Below are positions 36,401 to 49,155 of a stretch of DNA of 64,000 bases, one piece after another. Location of the stretch: positions 372,001 to 436,000 of the forward strand of contig QPMI01000535.1 of assembly GCA_004431415.1 (NCBI GenBank), read 5' to 3'. Each line of letters opens with the position of its first letter. Positions within the stretch are counted from its first letter, which is position 1. Made by a program: the position numbers and the translations under genes. This DNA is from Cyanophora paradoxa CCMP329. Lineage: Eukaryota; Plantae; Glaucophyta. Under the pieces are notes generated by a model that was given only the letters and a program-made list of their open reading frames with translations, did no database searches and was not told the DNA's origin.

Positions 36401-38623
36401 GACGCCCACGGGAGAGCGGTCGTCTTAGGGGAGCCAGGACGCTAAAAATGGATGTAGAGGGGTCTGTGGGGGTTCGGGCAGCTGTGTAATGTCCATCAAT
36501 CGCGTCTGTGTCGAGGCAGAATTAATAATTCTGCCTCGAGGGAGTGTGACACGGAAATTATTTAGCAGGGGGGATCTTGAGTGGAAAAAAAGGTTAAAAA
36601 AGGAATTTCGGTCGGCGGTTTTTGGGTTTGAGACAAGATCCGTGCTCCTGCGGAGCACTAAGTACGGCGAAGCCTCGCGGACGCCCTCGCCGCTGTTACA
36701 GTAGGCCTATATATATAGGGCACTCAGCGACTGGCCAGCGGCCTGGCCGATCGCGAACAGCTTTCTGCAGCTGGCTGGAAGCTGGCTGGCTGACGGCCAG
36801 TCCAGCTAGCGCTGGCCGGCTAGAGGAATATTAATTTACTGAGGAACTAAAGGGTGGAGCAGATTGAGAAGAGATTAATTATAATATTGTTGGGAAGGAG
36901 GCCCGGGAGGGGCGAGGTTCTCGCGGCCAGGCGCATGCACAGAGCTTGCGAATCGCTTAAACAGAATCTCGCGATCGAATGTATATAGCATCGATGTGCG
37001 GGGCTGCGGAGGCGAGGGCGCGCGGAAAGACGTGCAGGTCCATGCAGGATCGAATTTTCGGGGTCGGCTGGATTCTCGCGCCCTGTCGCGTCCTCGGAGC
37101 TCGCGAAAAGCTTAACAAAGATCTCAAATTACTATTGTAGCGATGCGCACGCGCGAGGATGCGAGGGCGCGCGGAAAGCTGTGCAGGTCCGTATACGTAC
37201 AGGATCGAATTTTCGGGGTCGGCTGGGTCCTCGCGGCTCGGCGCATACGCAAAGCGTGCGGAAGTCTTTGCCTACATCTCAAATGCTTATGCTATTGTTC
37301 CGCGCATGCGCCGCGGCGTGGGCGCGCGGAAAGATGTCCGGGTCCGTGCAGGATCGAATTTTTGCCGTCGGCTGGGTTCTCGTGCTCTTTCGCGTCTTCG
37401 AAGCTTGTGGAAGGCTTTGATAAAATCTCAAATGAATATTGTAGCGATGCGCATGCGCGAGAATGCGAGGGCGTGCGGAAAGATGTTCAGGTCCGTACAG
37501 GATCGAATTTTCGGGGTCGGCTGGGTCCTCGCGGCCTGGTGCATTTAGAGACCGTGCGGAAGTCTTCTTCTACATCTAAAATGCATATGCTATCGTTCCG
37601 CGCATGCGCCGCGGCGTGGGCGCGCGGAAAGATCTCCGGGCCTGTCTAGGATCGAATTCTTGCCGTCGGGTATGTCCAGGATCGAATTTTTGCGTCGGCT
37701 GGGTTCTCGTGCCCTGTCGCGCCTGCAGAGCTTGCGAAAAGCTTTAAAAAGGAGTCAACTGAAAATTGTAGCGATGCGCTCGCGTGAGGATGCGAGGGCG
37801 CGCGGAAAGTTGTGCAGGTCCGTCCAGGATCGAATTTCCGGGGTCGGCTGGGTCCTCGCGGCCCGGCGCATTTAGAGACCGTGCGGAAGGCTTCTTCTAC
37901 ATCTCAAATGCTTATGCTATCGTTCCGCGCATGCGCCGCGGCGCGGGCGCGCGGAAAGATCTCCGGGCCTGTCTAGGATCGAATTTTTGCCGTCGGGTAC
38001 CTTCCTGCGCTCTTCCGGCTCCGAAAAGCGGATTTCGGGGGTGCGCAGGCGCTGCTATGTCTATGCGCGCCCGTACGCATCGATTGCGCGCGTCGCGGGA
38101 CCGGCCGGAACCGGCCGGATCAAATTTTCGGCCGACTCTTCGCACTGGAGCGTCGACGGCGCGCGAAATCGGGTTTGCGGCGATGCGCTCGCCCTCGCGC
38201 GTCATTCTGTATCGTTCTGGGGCGTTCCTGGCGCGATTTTGTCGCGGGACCGGGCGGGACCGGGTCCCACCTTCTGACTCGGACTGGATTTGTCGGAGGT
38301 TAAGAACCGGAATTGATCCAGAGGAATATTCGATATTCGCGCGACGCCCACGGGAGAGCGGTCGTCTTAGGGGAGCCAGGACGCTAAAATTGGCTCTAGA
38401 GAGGTCTGTGGGGGTTCGGGTGGCTGTGTGACTAGCAGCAATCGCGTCTGTGTCGAGGCAAAATTAATAATTCTGCCTCGAGGGAGTGCGACACGGAAAT
38501 TATTTAGCAGGGGGGATCTCGAGTGGAAAAAAAGGTTAAAAAAGGAATTTAGATCGTCGGTTTTTGGGTTTGAGAAAGAGGCTTCGCCTGAAAGAGGCTT
38601 CGCCTGAAAGAGGCTTCGCCTGA
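33425..38623 (-). mobile_element. Trimer of a non-autonomous Helitron/Helentron-like element
   Basis: Bodies 33425-35028, 35029-36633 (near identical) and 36634-38575 (diverged, longer), plus three stacked 16-bp 5' ends at 38576-38623. Element strand: 5'-TCAGGCGAAGCCTC ... GAGGCTTCGCC-GTACTTA-GTGCTCCgcaGGAGCAC hairpin-GGATCTTG-3'. Flanks A|T, no TSD. Confidence 0.85.
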
Positions 38624-38774
38624 TAAGCCTTGAAGATTCCATTTTTTAGATTTAGCATTCTCAGCAGATTAAATTAAGCTTAGGTTACAGACTTAATTCC
38701 AGTTACGTATACGAAGTAATATTAATATAAGCTAAGCCGCCTAGGTGACCGACGCGTACCGCGGCGTATACGTA

Positions 38775-39013
38775 CTGTAAACGTAGAAATTTTCGTCGAG
38801 ACTTAATTTCGACAAAACCCGAAAATCGTGACGAAAATATGGTTCGACAGCATCAAATTTTCGTCAGCCCCGCGACTCCGCCATAGACGGGTCAGCCGCT
38901 AGTATCCTTCTCCATACAAAATTTTCGTTCAAGAGTATCAAATATTCGTCAACGTGCAGGTCTGACGAATATAGACGAAATAAAGACGCTGTCGAAGATT
39001 CCTACGTTTGCAG
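38775..39013. mobile_element. TA-flanked MITE (Tc1/mariner-like)
   Basis: TA|CTGTAAACGTAGAAATTTTCG ... CGAAGATTCCTACGTTTGCAG|TA (3 mismatches), with internal AAATTTTCGTC/GACGAAAAT motifs. Confidence 0.7.
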
Positions 39014-39275
39014 TACGGCGGTCCGACGCCGGCTTACCACCGTGGCACTTAAAAAAGGTCCGAGTCCCGTCCGACGGTCCACTTTTAAATTAAAGTTTTG
39101 CGGAGTCCGTGAATCGTGTATATAGTGGCCCATATATCGATCAACTTAAAACTTAAAAACGTGCACGTGACACATATATATAGCTCTTAATTAGCTACTA
39201 ATAGGCTAGTAATAGCTATAGCTGCCGCCGGGCGCCGCGGCGCTGCCGCGCCGCGCCGACGCGCCGTGCCACGGC

Positions 39276-42200
39276 CAGGGATGTGAAAATTATTGAGGGT
39301 CCCCCGAGGGTCCAAAAATTATGGCGATAATTTTTGCCTTGTATGTATAATTTATGGAAAATTATGGGAAAAATTATGCCATACAAAGCGGAAAAGTTTC
39401 GTCGCTCAGCCTTGTTTCGTTGCTCAGAAGCATTATATGCATGTTAGAGTGCTTTATTGACTCTCAGAGATATGTCCTGGGCCGCTAATGACGCTCTGGA
39501 GCAAGGATGGCTGGGTGACAGCGGGGGGGGTAGGGGCTCTTAGAGGGGGGAAGAGGCGCCGACGCACCTCACATTCAGCACCCGCAAAGCAGCCTTATTT
39601 GCTTTCAATACATTGTACATCTATCTTATAACGTTTAGAGGCGCCAGGGGGGTGTCCTCTAAAAATCAGGCGAAGCCTCTTTCAGGCGAAGCCTCTTTCT
39701 CAAACCCAAAAACCGCCGATATAAATTCCTTTTTTAACCTTTTTTTCCACTCGAGATCCCCCCTGATAAATAATTTCCGTGTCGCACTCCCTCGAGGCAG
39801 AATTATTAATTCTGCCTCGACACGGTCACGATTGCCGCTAATGACTCAGCTACCCTAACCCCCACACACCTCTCTAGATCCATTTTTAGCGTCCTGGCTC
39901 CCCTAAGACGACCGCTCCCCCGTGGGCGTCGCGCGAATATCAAATTTCCCTCTGGATCAAATCCGGTCCTTAACCTCCGACAAATGCAGTCCAGGTCAGA
40001 AGGTGGGACCGGGTCAGGCGAAGCCTCTTTCTCAAACCCAAAAACCGCCGATATAAATTCCTTTTTTAACCTTTTTTTCCACTCGAGATCCCCCCTGATA
40101 AATAATTTCCGTGTCGCACTCCCTCGAGGCAGAATTATTAATTCTGCCTCGACACGGTCACGATTGCCGCTAATGACTCAGCTACCCTAACCCCCACACA
40201 CCTCTCTAGATCCATTTTTAGCGTCCTGGCTCCCCTAAGACGACCGCTCCCCCGTGGGCGTCGCGCGAATATCAAATTTCCCTCTGGATCAAATCCGGTC
40301 CTTAACCTCCGACAAATGCAGTCCAGGTCAGAAGGTGGGACCCGGTCCCGCCCGGTCCCGCGACGAAATCGCGCCAGGGACGCCCCAGAACGATAAAGAG
40401 TGACGGGCGAGGGCGAGCGCATCGACGCAAGCTCGATTTCGGGCGCCGTCAACGCTCCAGTCCGAACAGTAGGCCGAAAATTTGATCCGGCCGGTTCCGG
40501 CCGGTTCCGCGAGGCGCGCATTCGATGCGTACTGGCGCGCATAGACATAGCAGGGCCTGCGCACCCCCGAAATCTGCTTTTCGGAGCCGGAATAGCGCAA
40601 GAAGGTACCGGACATCAAAAATTCGATCCTGCACAAACCTGGACAGCTTTCCGCGCGCCAACGCCGCGGCGCATGCGCGGAACGATAGCATAAGCATTTG
40701 AGATGTAGACAAAGCATTCCGCACGGTCTCTAAATGCGCCGGGCCGCGAGGACCCAGCCGACGCCGAAAATTCGATCCTGGACGGACCTGCACAGCTTTC
40801 CGCGCGCCCTCGCATCCTCACGCGTGCGCATCCCTACAACAGTAGTTTGAGATCTTTGTCAAGCTTTTCGCGAACTCTAGAGATGCGACAGGGCGCGAGA
40901 ATCCAGCCGACCCGAAAATTCGATCCTGGCCAGGCCTGCAAAGCTTTCCGTGTGCCCTTGCCTCCGCACCCCTGCACATCGATGCTATATGCATTCTAGA
41001 TTCTGTTTAAGCGATTCCCAAGCTCTGTGCATGCGCCTGGCCGCGAGAACCTCGCCCCTCCCAGGCCCGGCGGCCTCCCTCCCAACAATATTATATAGTT
41101 AATCTCCTCTCAATCTGCTCCACCAGTTAAAAGCAAGCGTTACCGGTTCAACTCCGGTCTCCCCTAGTTAATTATATATTCCCTCTCCTCATTACATTGC
41201 TCTCTGGCCAGCCAGCTCTCCCTCGAGCTGGCTAAAGCGGGCCAGCCCATGGCCGGTGCCAAGCCGGCGAAACCCGGCCATGCAGCTGGGCGGGGCCGGG
41301 TCCAGCTGGCCTCCTACTGTGACAGCCGCGAGGGCGTCCGCGAGGCTTCGCCGTACTTAGTGCTCCGCAGGAGCACGGATCTTGTCTCAAACCCAAAAAC
41401 CGCCGACCGAAATTCCTTTTTTAACCTTTTTTTCCACTCAAGATCCCCCCTGCTAAATAATTTCCGTGTCACACTCCCTCGAGGCAGAATTATTAATTCT
41501 GCCTCGACACAGACGCGATTGATGGACATTACACAGCTGCCCGAACCCCCACAGACCCCTCTACATCCATTTTTAGCGTCCTGGCTCCCCTAAGACGACC
41601 GCTCTCCGTGGGCGTCGCGCGAAAATCGAATTTCCCTCTGGATCAATTCCGGTACTTAACCTCCGACACATGCAGTCCGAGTCAGAAGGTGGGACCCGGT
41701 CCCGCCCGGTCCCGCGACGAAATCGCGCCAGGGACGCCCCAGAACGATACAGAATGACGCGCGAGCGCGAGCGCATCGCGGCAGGCTCGATTTCGGGCAC
41801 CCTCGACGCTCCAGTGCGAAGAGTCGGCCGAAAATTTGATCCGGCCGGTTCCGGCCGGTCCCGCGACGTGCGCAATCGATGCGTACGGGCGCGCATAGAC
41901 ATAGCAGGACCTGCGCACTCCAGCGATCCGCTTTTCGGAGCCGGAACAGCGCAGGAAGGCTCCCGGTGGCAAAAATTCGATCCTGCACAGCCCGGACATC
42001 TTTCCGCGCGCCCGCGCCGCGGCACATGCGCGGAAGAATAGCATAAGCATTTGAGATGTAGAAGAAGCCTTCCGCACGCTTTGCGTATGCGCCGGGCCGC
42101 GAGGACCCAGCCGACCCCGAAAATTCGATCCTCTACAGACCTGAAGACCTTTTCTTGCGCGCTCGCATCCTCGCGCATGCGCATCGCTACAATATTCATT

Positions 42201-43092
42201 TCACATTTTTTTGAAGCCTTCCACAAGCTTTGAAGACGCGGAAGAGCACGACAACCCAGCCGACGGTAAAAAATCGATTCTGAACAGACCCGGACATCTT
42301 TCCGTGCGCCAACGCCGCGGCGCATGCGCGGAACAATATGATAAGCATTTCAGATGTAGACAAAGCCTTCCGCACGCATTGCAGATGTGCCGGGCCGCGA
42401 GCCGACGCCGAAAATTCGATCCTGGACGGACCTGCACAGCTTTCCGCGCGCCCTCGCATCCTCGCGCGTGCGCATCGCTACAATAGTAATTTGAGATCTT
42501 TGTTAAGCTTTTCGCGAGCTCCGAGGACGCGACAGGGCGCGAGAATCCAGCCGACCCCGAAAATTCGATCCTGCATGGACCTGCACGTCTTTCCGCGCGC
42601 CCTCGCCTCCGCAGCCCCGCACATCAATGCTATATGCATTCGATCGCGAGATTCTGTTTAAGCGATTCGCAAGCTCTGTGCATGCGCCTGGCCGCGACAA
42701 CCTCGCCCCTCCCGGGCCTCCTTCCCAACAATATTATAATTAATCTCTTCTCAATCTGCTCCACCCTAGCCTTTATTTCCTCAGTAAATTAATATTCCTC
42801 TAGCCGGCCAGCGCTAGCTGGACTGGCCGTCAGCCAGCCAGCTTCCAGCCAGCTGCAGAAAGCTGTTCGCGATCGGCCAGGCCGCTGGCCAGTCGCTGAG
42901 TGCCCTATACATAGGCCTACTATGACAGCCGCGAGGGCGTCCGCGAGGCTTCGCCGTACTTAGTGCTCCGCAGGAGCACGGATCTTGTTTTCTATAAATT
43001 ATGGATGGCCGAAACCGGGGGCAAAAATTATCCCATAATTATTCGAAAAATTATGGAATACTTTTTCCATAATTTATGGGCGGCGAACCCTG
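39276..43092. mobile_element. hAT-like non-autonomous element interrupted by a Helitron-like array (second copy 48464-49117)
   Basis: CAGGGATGTGAAA...AACCCTG ends; many subterminal AAATTAT(G) motifs; no 8-bp TSD. Confidence 0.5.
39666..42987 (+). mobile_element. Helitron-like array: stacked 5' ends, partial B, full B (40014-41384), A body (41385-42987)
   Basis: Same termini as the trimer. The empty site in the duplicated unit (CCTCTAAAAA|TTTTCTAT, 49012/49013) shows precise insertion with no TSD. Confidence 0.9.
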
Positions 43093-44689
43093 CTAGCTGG
43101 CCGTATTGTGGATCTTCGCTTGAAAAATAATTTTTTGGGCGGAGAGGGGATACCGGTTTCCAAGGGAGGGGTACAGCACTCTGAAACGAAGCGAAACTGG
43201 ACTGCCTGCAGAATCCAGCTACCTGCAAGAGGAAACGAAACTTTCACGACACAGCGGTGTGACTGCGGCAGCTTCCACAAGTTTCGTGACTTCGAAACTT
43301 CGAAATTCAAGGCAACCGAGGCTACCTGTGTTTCGGTGCCAGTGTCACAGTACTAGTGTACTGGCCATGGCCAGTGGCCACCGTACCGTGGCACAGGCCA
43401 GTGACCGTGCCACGGTGGCACGTGCACTGTGCACAGTGTACGTACATGTGGCAGTACTAGTACTACTGTCTGTACCGGCCCGGCGGCCACGGGGCGCGAT
43501 TGGCGAATTTCGAATCGGCGGCGATTGCGGATTCGCGGCGCCTGCAGCTGCAGCTGCGCTATAGCGCTAGCGCTGCCTGCGCTGCTGCGCATGCATGCAG
43601 CGCATCATCAATGATTCATCATTAGCAGCGCAGTCGCGAGTCGAGACTCGAGAGTCGAGAGTCCGCCGGTCTGCATAGTGGCCAGCGAATCGGCGCCGCC
43701 TGCAATATGATTGATTACTATCATGGATGGCTGCAGCTGCAGCTTTCCCATCGCTTGAATTATTTTTGAATCGTTTCAAAAGCGCGGCGCTGCCGGCCGC
43801 TAGTAGGCCCGCTAGTGGGCCGCTACTGCTGGCCAGTAGTACTGGGTAGTACTGGCCCGCTAGCGCTGCATGTGCCGGCGCTGGCCCGCGGACGGCGCAG
43901 CAATCATTGAATTATTTGAATCATTGAATCATATCTCATCAATGGCTAGCTAGCTGCAGGCCTGCCGCAGGCTGCCGCCAGGCTCAGCGGCTGCGCCGCG
44001 CCAGCGCCTGCATGCGCCGGGCCGGGCGGCCCGGCCGCCCGGGCCGGGCCGGGCGGCCGGCCCGCGGGTGCCATCGAATCATTGACCATGACTGATTGCA
44101 GCTCGATGCAGGGGTACCCCGGCGGCGGCTGCGGGCGCGAGCGCGGGATCGAAAGCGAACGAAACTTCGGCGCGCGCCCCTCTTTCCAGCCGCCGTTTCA
44201 GCGTCGATGCGCACCGCAAGCTGAATCCGCAGCCGCAACTGCCCTGGCTGGCCCGGTTCTCCCGCTCTGCGAATCGCGCCCCAAGGCCGGCTCGCCCGCC
44301 CTCGCCGCCCGGCGCGCCTGCGCGAAGCACAGCCCGACCTCGGCCTGCATGCGCCGTTTTCCAACGATCGGCTCTCGTCAAGCGCGCTCCGGCGTCTCGT
44401 CGCCGCGCCCGCCAACGCGCTCGCCCCACGACGACCCAGACCTTTACGTCCAGCCGCATCATCCGACCTTTCTGGCTCGCCGCCGCGCTTCTCGGTGCGT
44501 ATCCTTGCCTTCGGAAGGCCTCTGCGCCCGCCACGAGGCCTCCGGCGCGTGTTCGCAGTTGACGTCTCCAAGTTGCAGGTCACCGCCTCAGCTGCCCCGC
44601 GCGCCATGCGCTTTCCGCCTCCGCGAACGTGCAGCACGCGCAGGGCTCGGCATTCTGGCGATTCGCCGCCCGCGCCGCCGCGCTCCTGG

Positions 44690-45255
44690 CGGACCGCCCC
44701 AGCGGCCCCCCACGAATCGCGCCCCCGCTCCCGCCGCAGCTGCTCCGCTGCCCCTCGCCGACGGCGCAATTCGCCGCCGCTGGACCCACGCTCGCTCTCT
44801 CCAGGCCCGCCGCCCGCTCCGCAGCCTTTCTGGCGGGCCGCCCCAGCGGCCCCCCACGAACCGCGCCCCCGCTCCCGCCGCAGCTGCTCCGCTGCCCCTC
44901 GCCGACGGCGCAATTCGCCGCCGCTGGACCCACGCTCGCTCGCTCCAGGTCCGCCGCCCGCGCCGCAGCCTTTCTGGCGGGCCGCCCCAGCGGCCCCCCA
45001 CGAACCGCGCCCCCGCTCCCGCCGCAGCTGCTCCGCTGCCCCTCGCCGACGGCGCAATTCGCCGCCGCTGGACCCACGCTCGCTCGCTCCAGGTCCGCCG
45101 CCCGCGTCGCAGCCTTTCTGGCGGGCCGCCCCAGCGGCCCCCACGAATCGCGCCCCCGCTCCCGCCGCAGCTGCTCCGCTGCCCCTCGCCGACGGCGCAG
45201 TTCGTCGCCGCTGGACACACGCTCACTCGCTCGAGGTCCGCCGCCCGCGCCACGC
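44690..45255. repeat. 144-bp GC-rich tandem repeat, ~4 copies (also ~53710-54276)
   Basis: AGCGGCCCCC anchor at 44701, 44845, 44989 and 45133. Confidence 0.9.
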
Positions 45256-47920
45256 GCATCTCAAGATGCCGTACCCTGGGGGGGACGCCCTGCGAGCGGT
45301 AGCGTGGCCGTTTCTGAGCCCGCGCTCTCGCCGCAGGCCCTCGGCGTTCGCTGCGCGTCCGGCCGGCTTCGGCGATGGGCGAGGTACGCGGAATATCGGA
45401 GGGGAGGGCGGCGGGGGGGCGGCGGGGGTAGAGGATGGGAAGGGGGTACCCCAGCGCCCCCCGCCGCGGCTCACGCTCTTCCGCAGGCCGCTCGAGCTCC
45501 ACCGGCGCGGCGTCCGCGCCCCTCTCCCTTCGCCATCAGGTGCGCTGGCGCTCGGGCCGAGGCCGGTGTTGTCGTCGGCTCCTCAGCGCCGCCCGGCCGC
45601 CCTGCGCATCCCAGAATGCCGTACCCTAGGGGCGCGCCCTGCGAGCGGTAGCGTGGCCCTTTCTGACTGCCCCGCGCTCTCGCCGCAGGCCCTCGGCGTT
45701 CGCTGCGCGTCCGGCCGGCTTCGGTGAAGTGGGAGGTACGCGGTATTTCGGGGAGAGGATGGGCGGGGGGAGGGGGAAGAGGGCCTGGGTACGCCAGCGC
45801 CCCCCGCGCGGCTCACGCTCTTCCGCAGGCCGCTCGAGCTCCACCGGCGCGGCGTCCGCGCCCCTCTCCCTTCGCCATCAGGTGCGCTGGCGCTCGGGCC
45901 GAGGCCGGTGTTGTCGTCGGCTCCTCAGCGCCGCCCGGCCACCGTGCGCATCCCAGAATGCCGTACCCTAGGGGCGCGCCCTGCGAGCGGTAGCGTGGCC
46001 CTTTCTGACTGCCCCGCGCTCTCGCCGCAGGCCCTCGGCGTTCGCTGCGCGTCCGGCCGGCTTCGGTGAAGTGGGAGGTACGCGGTATTTCGGGGAGAGG
46101 ATGGGCGGGGGAGAGGGGGAGGGGGCCTGGGTACGCCAGCGCCTCTCGCCGCAGCTCACGCTCCTCCGCAGGCCGCTCGAGCTCCACCGGCGCGGCGTCC
46201 GGCGCGTGCGCCTATCTCCCATGGCCATCGGGTGCGTTGGCGCAGGCGCTTCAGCGGCCGCCCGTCCGCCCGTCCGCCACGCGCATCTCAAGATGCCGTA
46301 TCCTGGGGGGGCGCGCCCTGCGAGCGGTAGCGTGGCCGTCTCTGAGCCCGCGCTCTCGCCGCAGGCCCTCGGCGTTCGCTGCGCGTCCGGCCGGCTTCGG
46401 CGATGGGCGAGGTACGCGGAATATCGGAGGGGAGGGCGGCGGGGGGCGGCGGGGGTAGAGGATGGGAAGGGGGTACCCCAGCGCCCCCCGCCGCGGCTCA
46501 CGCTCTTCCGCAGGCCGCTCGAGCTCCACCGGCGCGGCGTCCGCGCCCCTCTCCCTTCGCCATCAGGTGCGCTGGCGCTCGCGCCGAGGCCGGTGTTATC
46601 GTCGGCTCCTCAGCGCCGCCCGGCCGCCGTGCGCATCCCAGAATGCCGTACCCTAGGGGCGCGCCCTGCGAGCGGTAGCGTGGCCCTGTCTGACTGCCCC
46701 GCGCTCTCGCCGCAGGCCCTCGGCGTTCGCTGCGCGTCCGGCCGGCTTCGGTGAAGTGGGAGGTACGCGGTATTTCGGGGAGAGGATGGGCGGGGGGGAG
46801 GGGGAGGGGGCCTGGGTACGCCAGCGCCTCTCGCCGCAGCTCACGCTCCTCCGCAGGCCGCTCGAGCTCCACCGGCGCGGCGTCCGGCGCGTGCGCCTAT
46901 CTCCCATGGCCATCGGGTGCGTTGGCGCAGGCGCTTCAGCGGCCGCCCGTCCGCCCGTCCGCCAGGCGCATCTCAAGATGCCGTACCCTGGGGGGGCCGC
47001 CCTGCGAGCGGTAGCGTGGCCGTCTCTGAGCCCGCGCTCTCGCCGCAGGCCCTCGGCGTTCGCTGCGCGTCCGGCCGGCTTCGGCGATGGGTGAGGTACG
47101 CGGAATATCGGAGGGGAGGGCGGCGGGGGGGCGGCGGGGGTAGAGGATGGGAAGGGGGTACCCCAGCGCCCCCCGCCGCGGCTCACGCTCTTCCGCAGGC
47201 CGCTCGAGCTCCACCGGCGCGGCGTCCGCGCCCCTCTCCCTTCGCCATCAGGTGCGCTGGCGCTCGGGCCGAGGCCGGTGTTGTCGTCGGCTCCTCAGCG
47301 CCGCCCGGCCGCCGTGCGCATCCCAGAATGCCGTACCCTAGGGGCGCGCCCTGCGAGCGGTAGCGTGGCCCTTTTTGACTGCCCCGCGCTCTCGCCGCAG
47401 GCCCTCGGCGTTCGCTGCGCGTCCGGCCGGCTTCGGTGAAGTGGGAGGTACGCGGTATTTCGGGAACAGGATGGGCGGGGGGGGGGGAAGAGGGCCTGGG
47501 TACGCCAGCGCCTCTCGCCGCAGCTCACGCTCCTCCGCAGGCCGCTCGAGCTCCACCGGCGCGGCGTCCGGCGCGTGCGCCTATCTCCCATGGCCATCGG
47601 GTGCGTTGGCGCAGGCGCTTCAGCGGCCGCCCGTCCGCCCGTCCGCCACGCGCATCTCAAGATGCCGTACCCTGGGGGGGCGCGCCCTGCGAGCGGTAGC
47701 GTGGCCGTCTCTGAGCCCGCGCTCTCGCCGCAGGCCCTCGGCGTTCGCTGCGCGTCCGGCCGCGGGCCGGCTTCGGCGATGGGCGAGGTACGCGGAATAT
47801 CGGAGGGGAGGGCGGCGGGGGGCGGCGGGGGTAGAGGATGGGAAGGGGGTACCCCAGCGCCCCCGCCGCGGCTCACGCTCTTCCGCAGGCCGCTCGAGCT
47901 TCACCGGCGCGGCGTCCGGC
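45255..47920. repeat. ~343-bp satellite, 8 copies, alternating variants forming a ~685-bp higher-order unit (also ~54276-56945)
   Basis: CCTGCGAGCGGTAGCGTGGCC recurs near 45289, 45638, 45980, 46317, 46665, 47001, 47350 and 47686. Confidence 0.9.
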
Positions 47921-48544
47921 GCACGCCTCCCTCTAGGTGACAAGCGTGCCAAGTCCAGCGCAGGCCCAGCAAGGTTCGCAAGTTTTCATGTCGTCCAAAT
48001 CAGAGTGACGCCCCCTAGAGCGAGACGGCGGCGCTGCAGCCCCGATGACGGCCCTCATGATCAGGTGCCGCCGCTGGTGCCTTGTGCCGCTGTGCTCTAT
48101 ATAGCTACCCGCCCTTCATATTATTAATCTCATGCCATATGCATATGCATTTGGAACTGTGTCGATCGAGCACAGAAGTCCTCATGATCAGCTGGGGTGC
48201 GTTGGCGGCGGTCACAGATCTAGAGGCCAAGCTAACTTTCACATGTTCCACCGCACGCGAGGTGCGCGAGTCTATCTCTTGCCCGTCGCCTTTTAGAGCT
48301 AGACAGTGGGGCACCAGCCCTGGCGGGGGCTCTCAGGTGCCGTTGACGGGGGCGCTCATCCATATATATAGCTCTTAATTAGCTACTAATAGGCTAGTAA
48401 TAGCTATAGCTGCCGCCGGGCGCCGCGGCGCTGCCGCGCCGCGCCGACGCGCCGTGCCACGGCCAGGGATGTGAAAATTATTGAGGGTCCCCCGAGGGTC
48501 CAAAAATTATGGCGATAATTTTTGCCTTGTATGTATAATTTATG

Positions 48545-48692
48545 TCGTGCTACGACCTCCCGGATTCCCGGGTTCGGTTCCTGCTGTTTCCGCTACGTTG
48601 TACTTCGAATCCCTGTGATTCCCGATACCGTGACTTGTATCCTCGTTGTGTACTACGAGTGGGCACGCCCACCGTAGATCTTTAAAAAAAAA
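48545..48692 (+). mobile_element. 148-bp retroposed insertion (SINE or 5'-truncated LINE tail)
   Basis: A9 tail; 11-bp TSD TATAATTTATG at 48534-48544 and 48693-48703; absent from the paralogous site near 39350; 3' hairpin GTGGGCacGCCCAC. Confidence 0.85.
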
Positions 48693-49155
48693 TATAATTT
48701 ATGGAAAATTATGGGAAAAATTATGCCATACAAAGCGGAAAAGTTTCGTCGCTCAGCCTTGTTTCGTTGCTCAGAAGCATTATATGCATGTTAGAGTGCT
48801 TTATTGACTCTCAGAGATATGTCCTGGGCCGCTAATGACGCTCTGGAGCAAGGATGGCTGGGTGACAGCGGGGGGGGTAGGGGCTCTTAGAGGGGGGAAG
48901 AGGCGCCGACGCACCTCACATTCAGCACCCGCAAAGCAGCCTTATTTGCTTTCAATACATTGTACATCTATCTTATAACGTTTAGAGGCGCCAGGGGGGT
49001 GTCCTCTAAAAATTTTCTATAAATTATGGATGGCCGAAACCGGGGGCAAAAATTATCCCATAATTATTCGAAAAATTATGGAATACTTTTTCCATAATTT
49101 ATGGGCGGCGAACCCTGCTAGCTGGCCGTATTGTGGATCTTCGCTTGAAAAATAA

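Noticed and set aside
33700-42700. ORFs within the Helitron-like copies
   Set aside because: No Rep or helicase motifs, and frames differ between near-identical copies.
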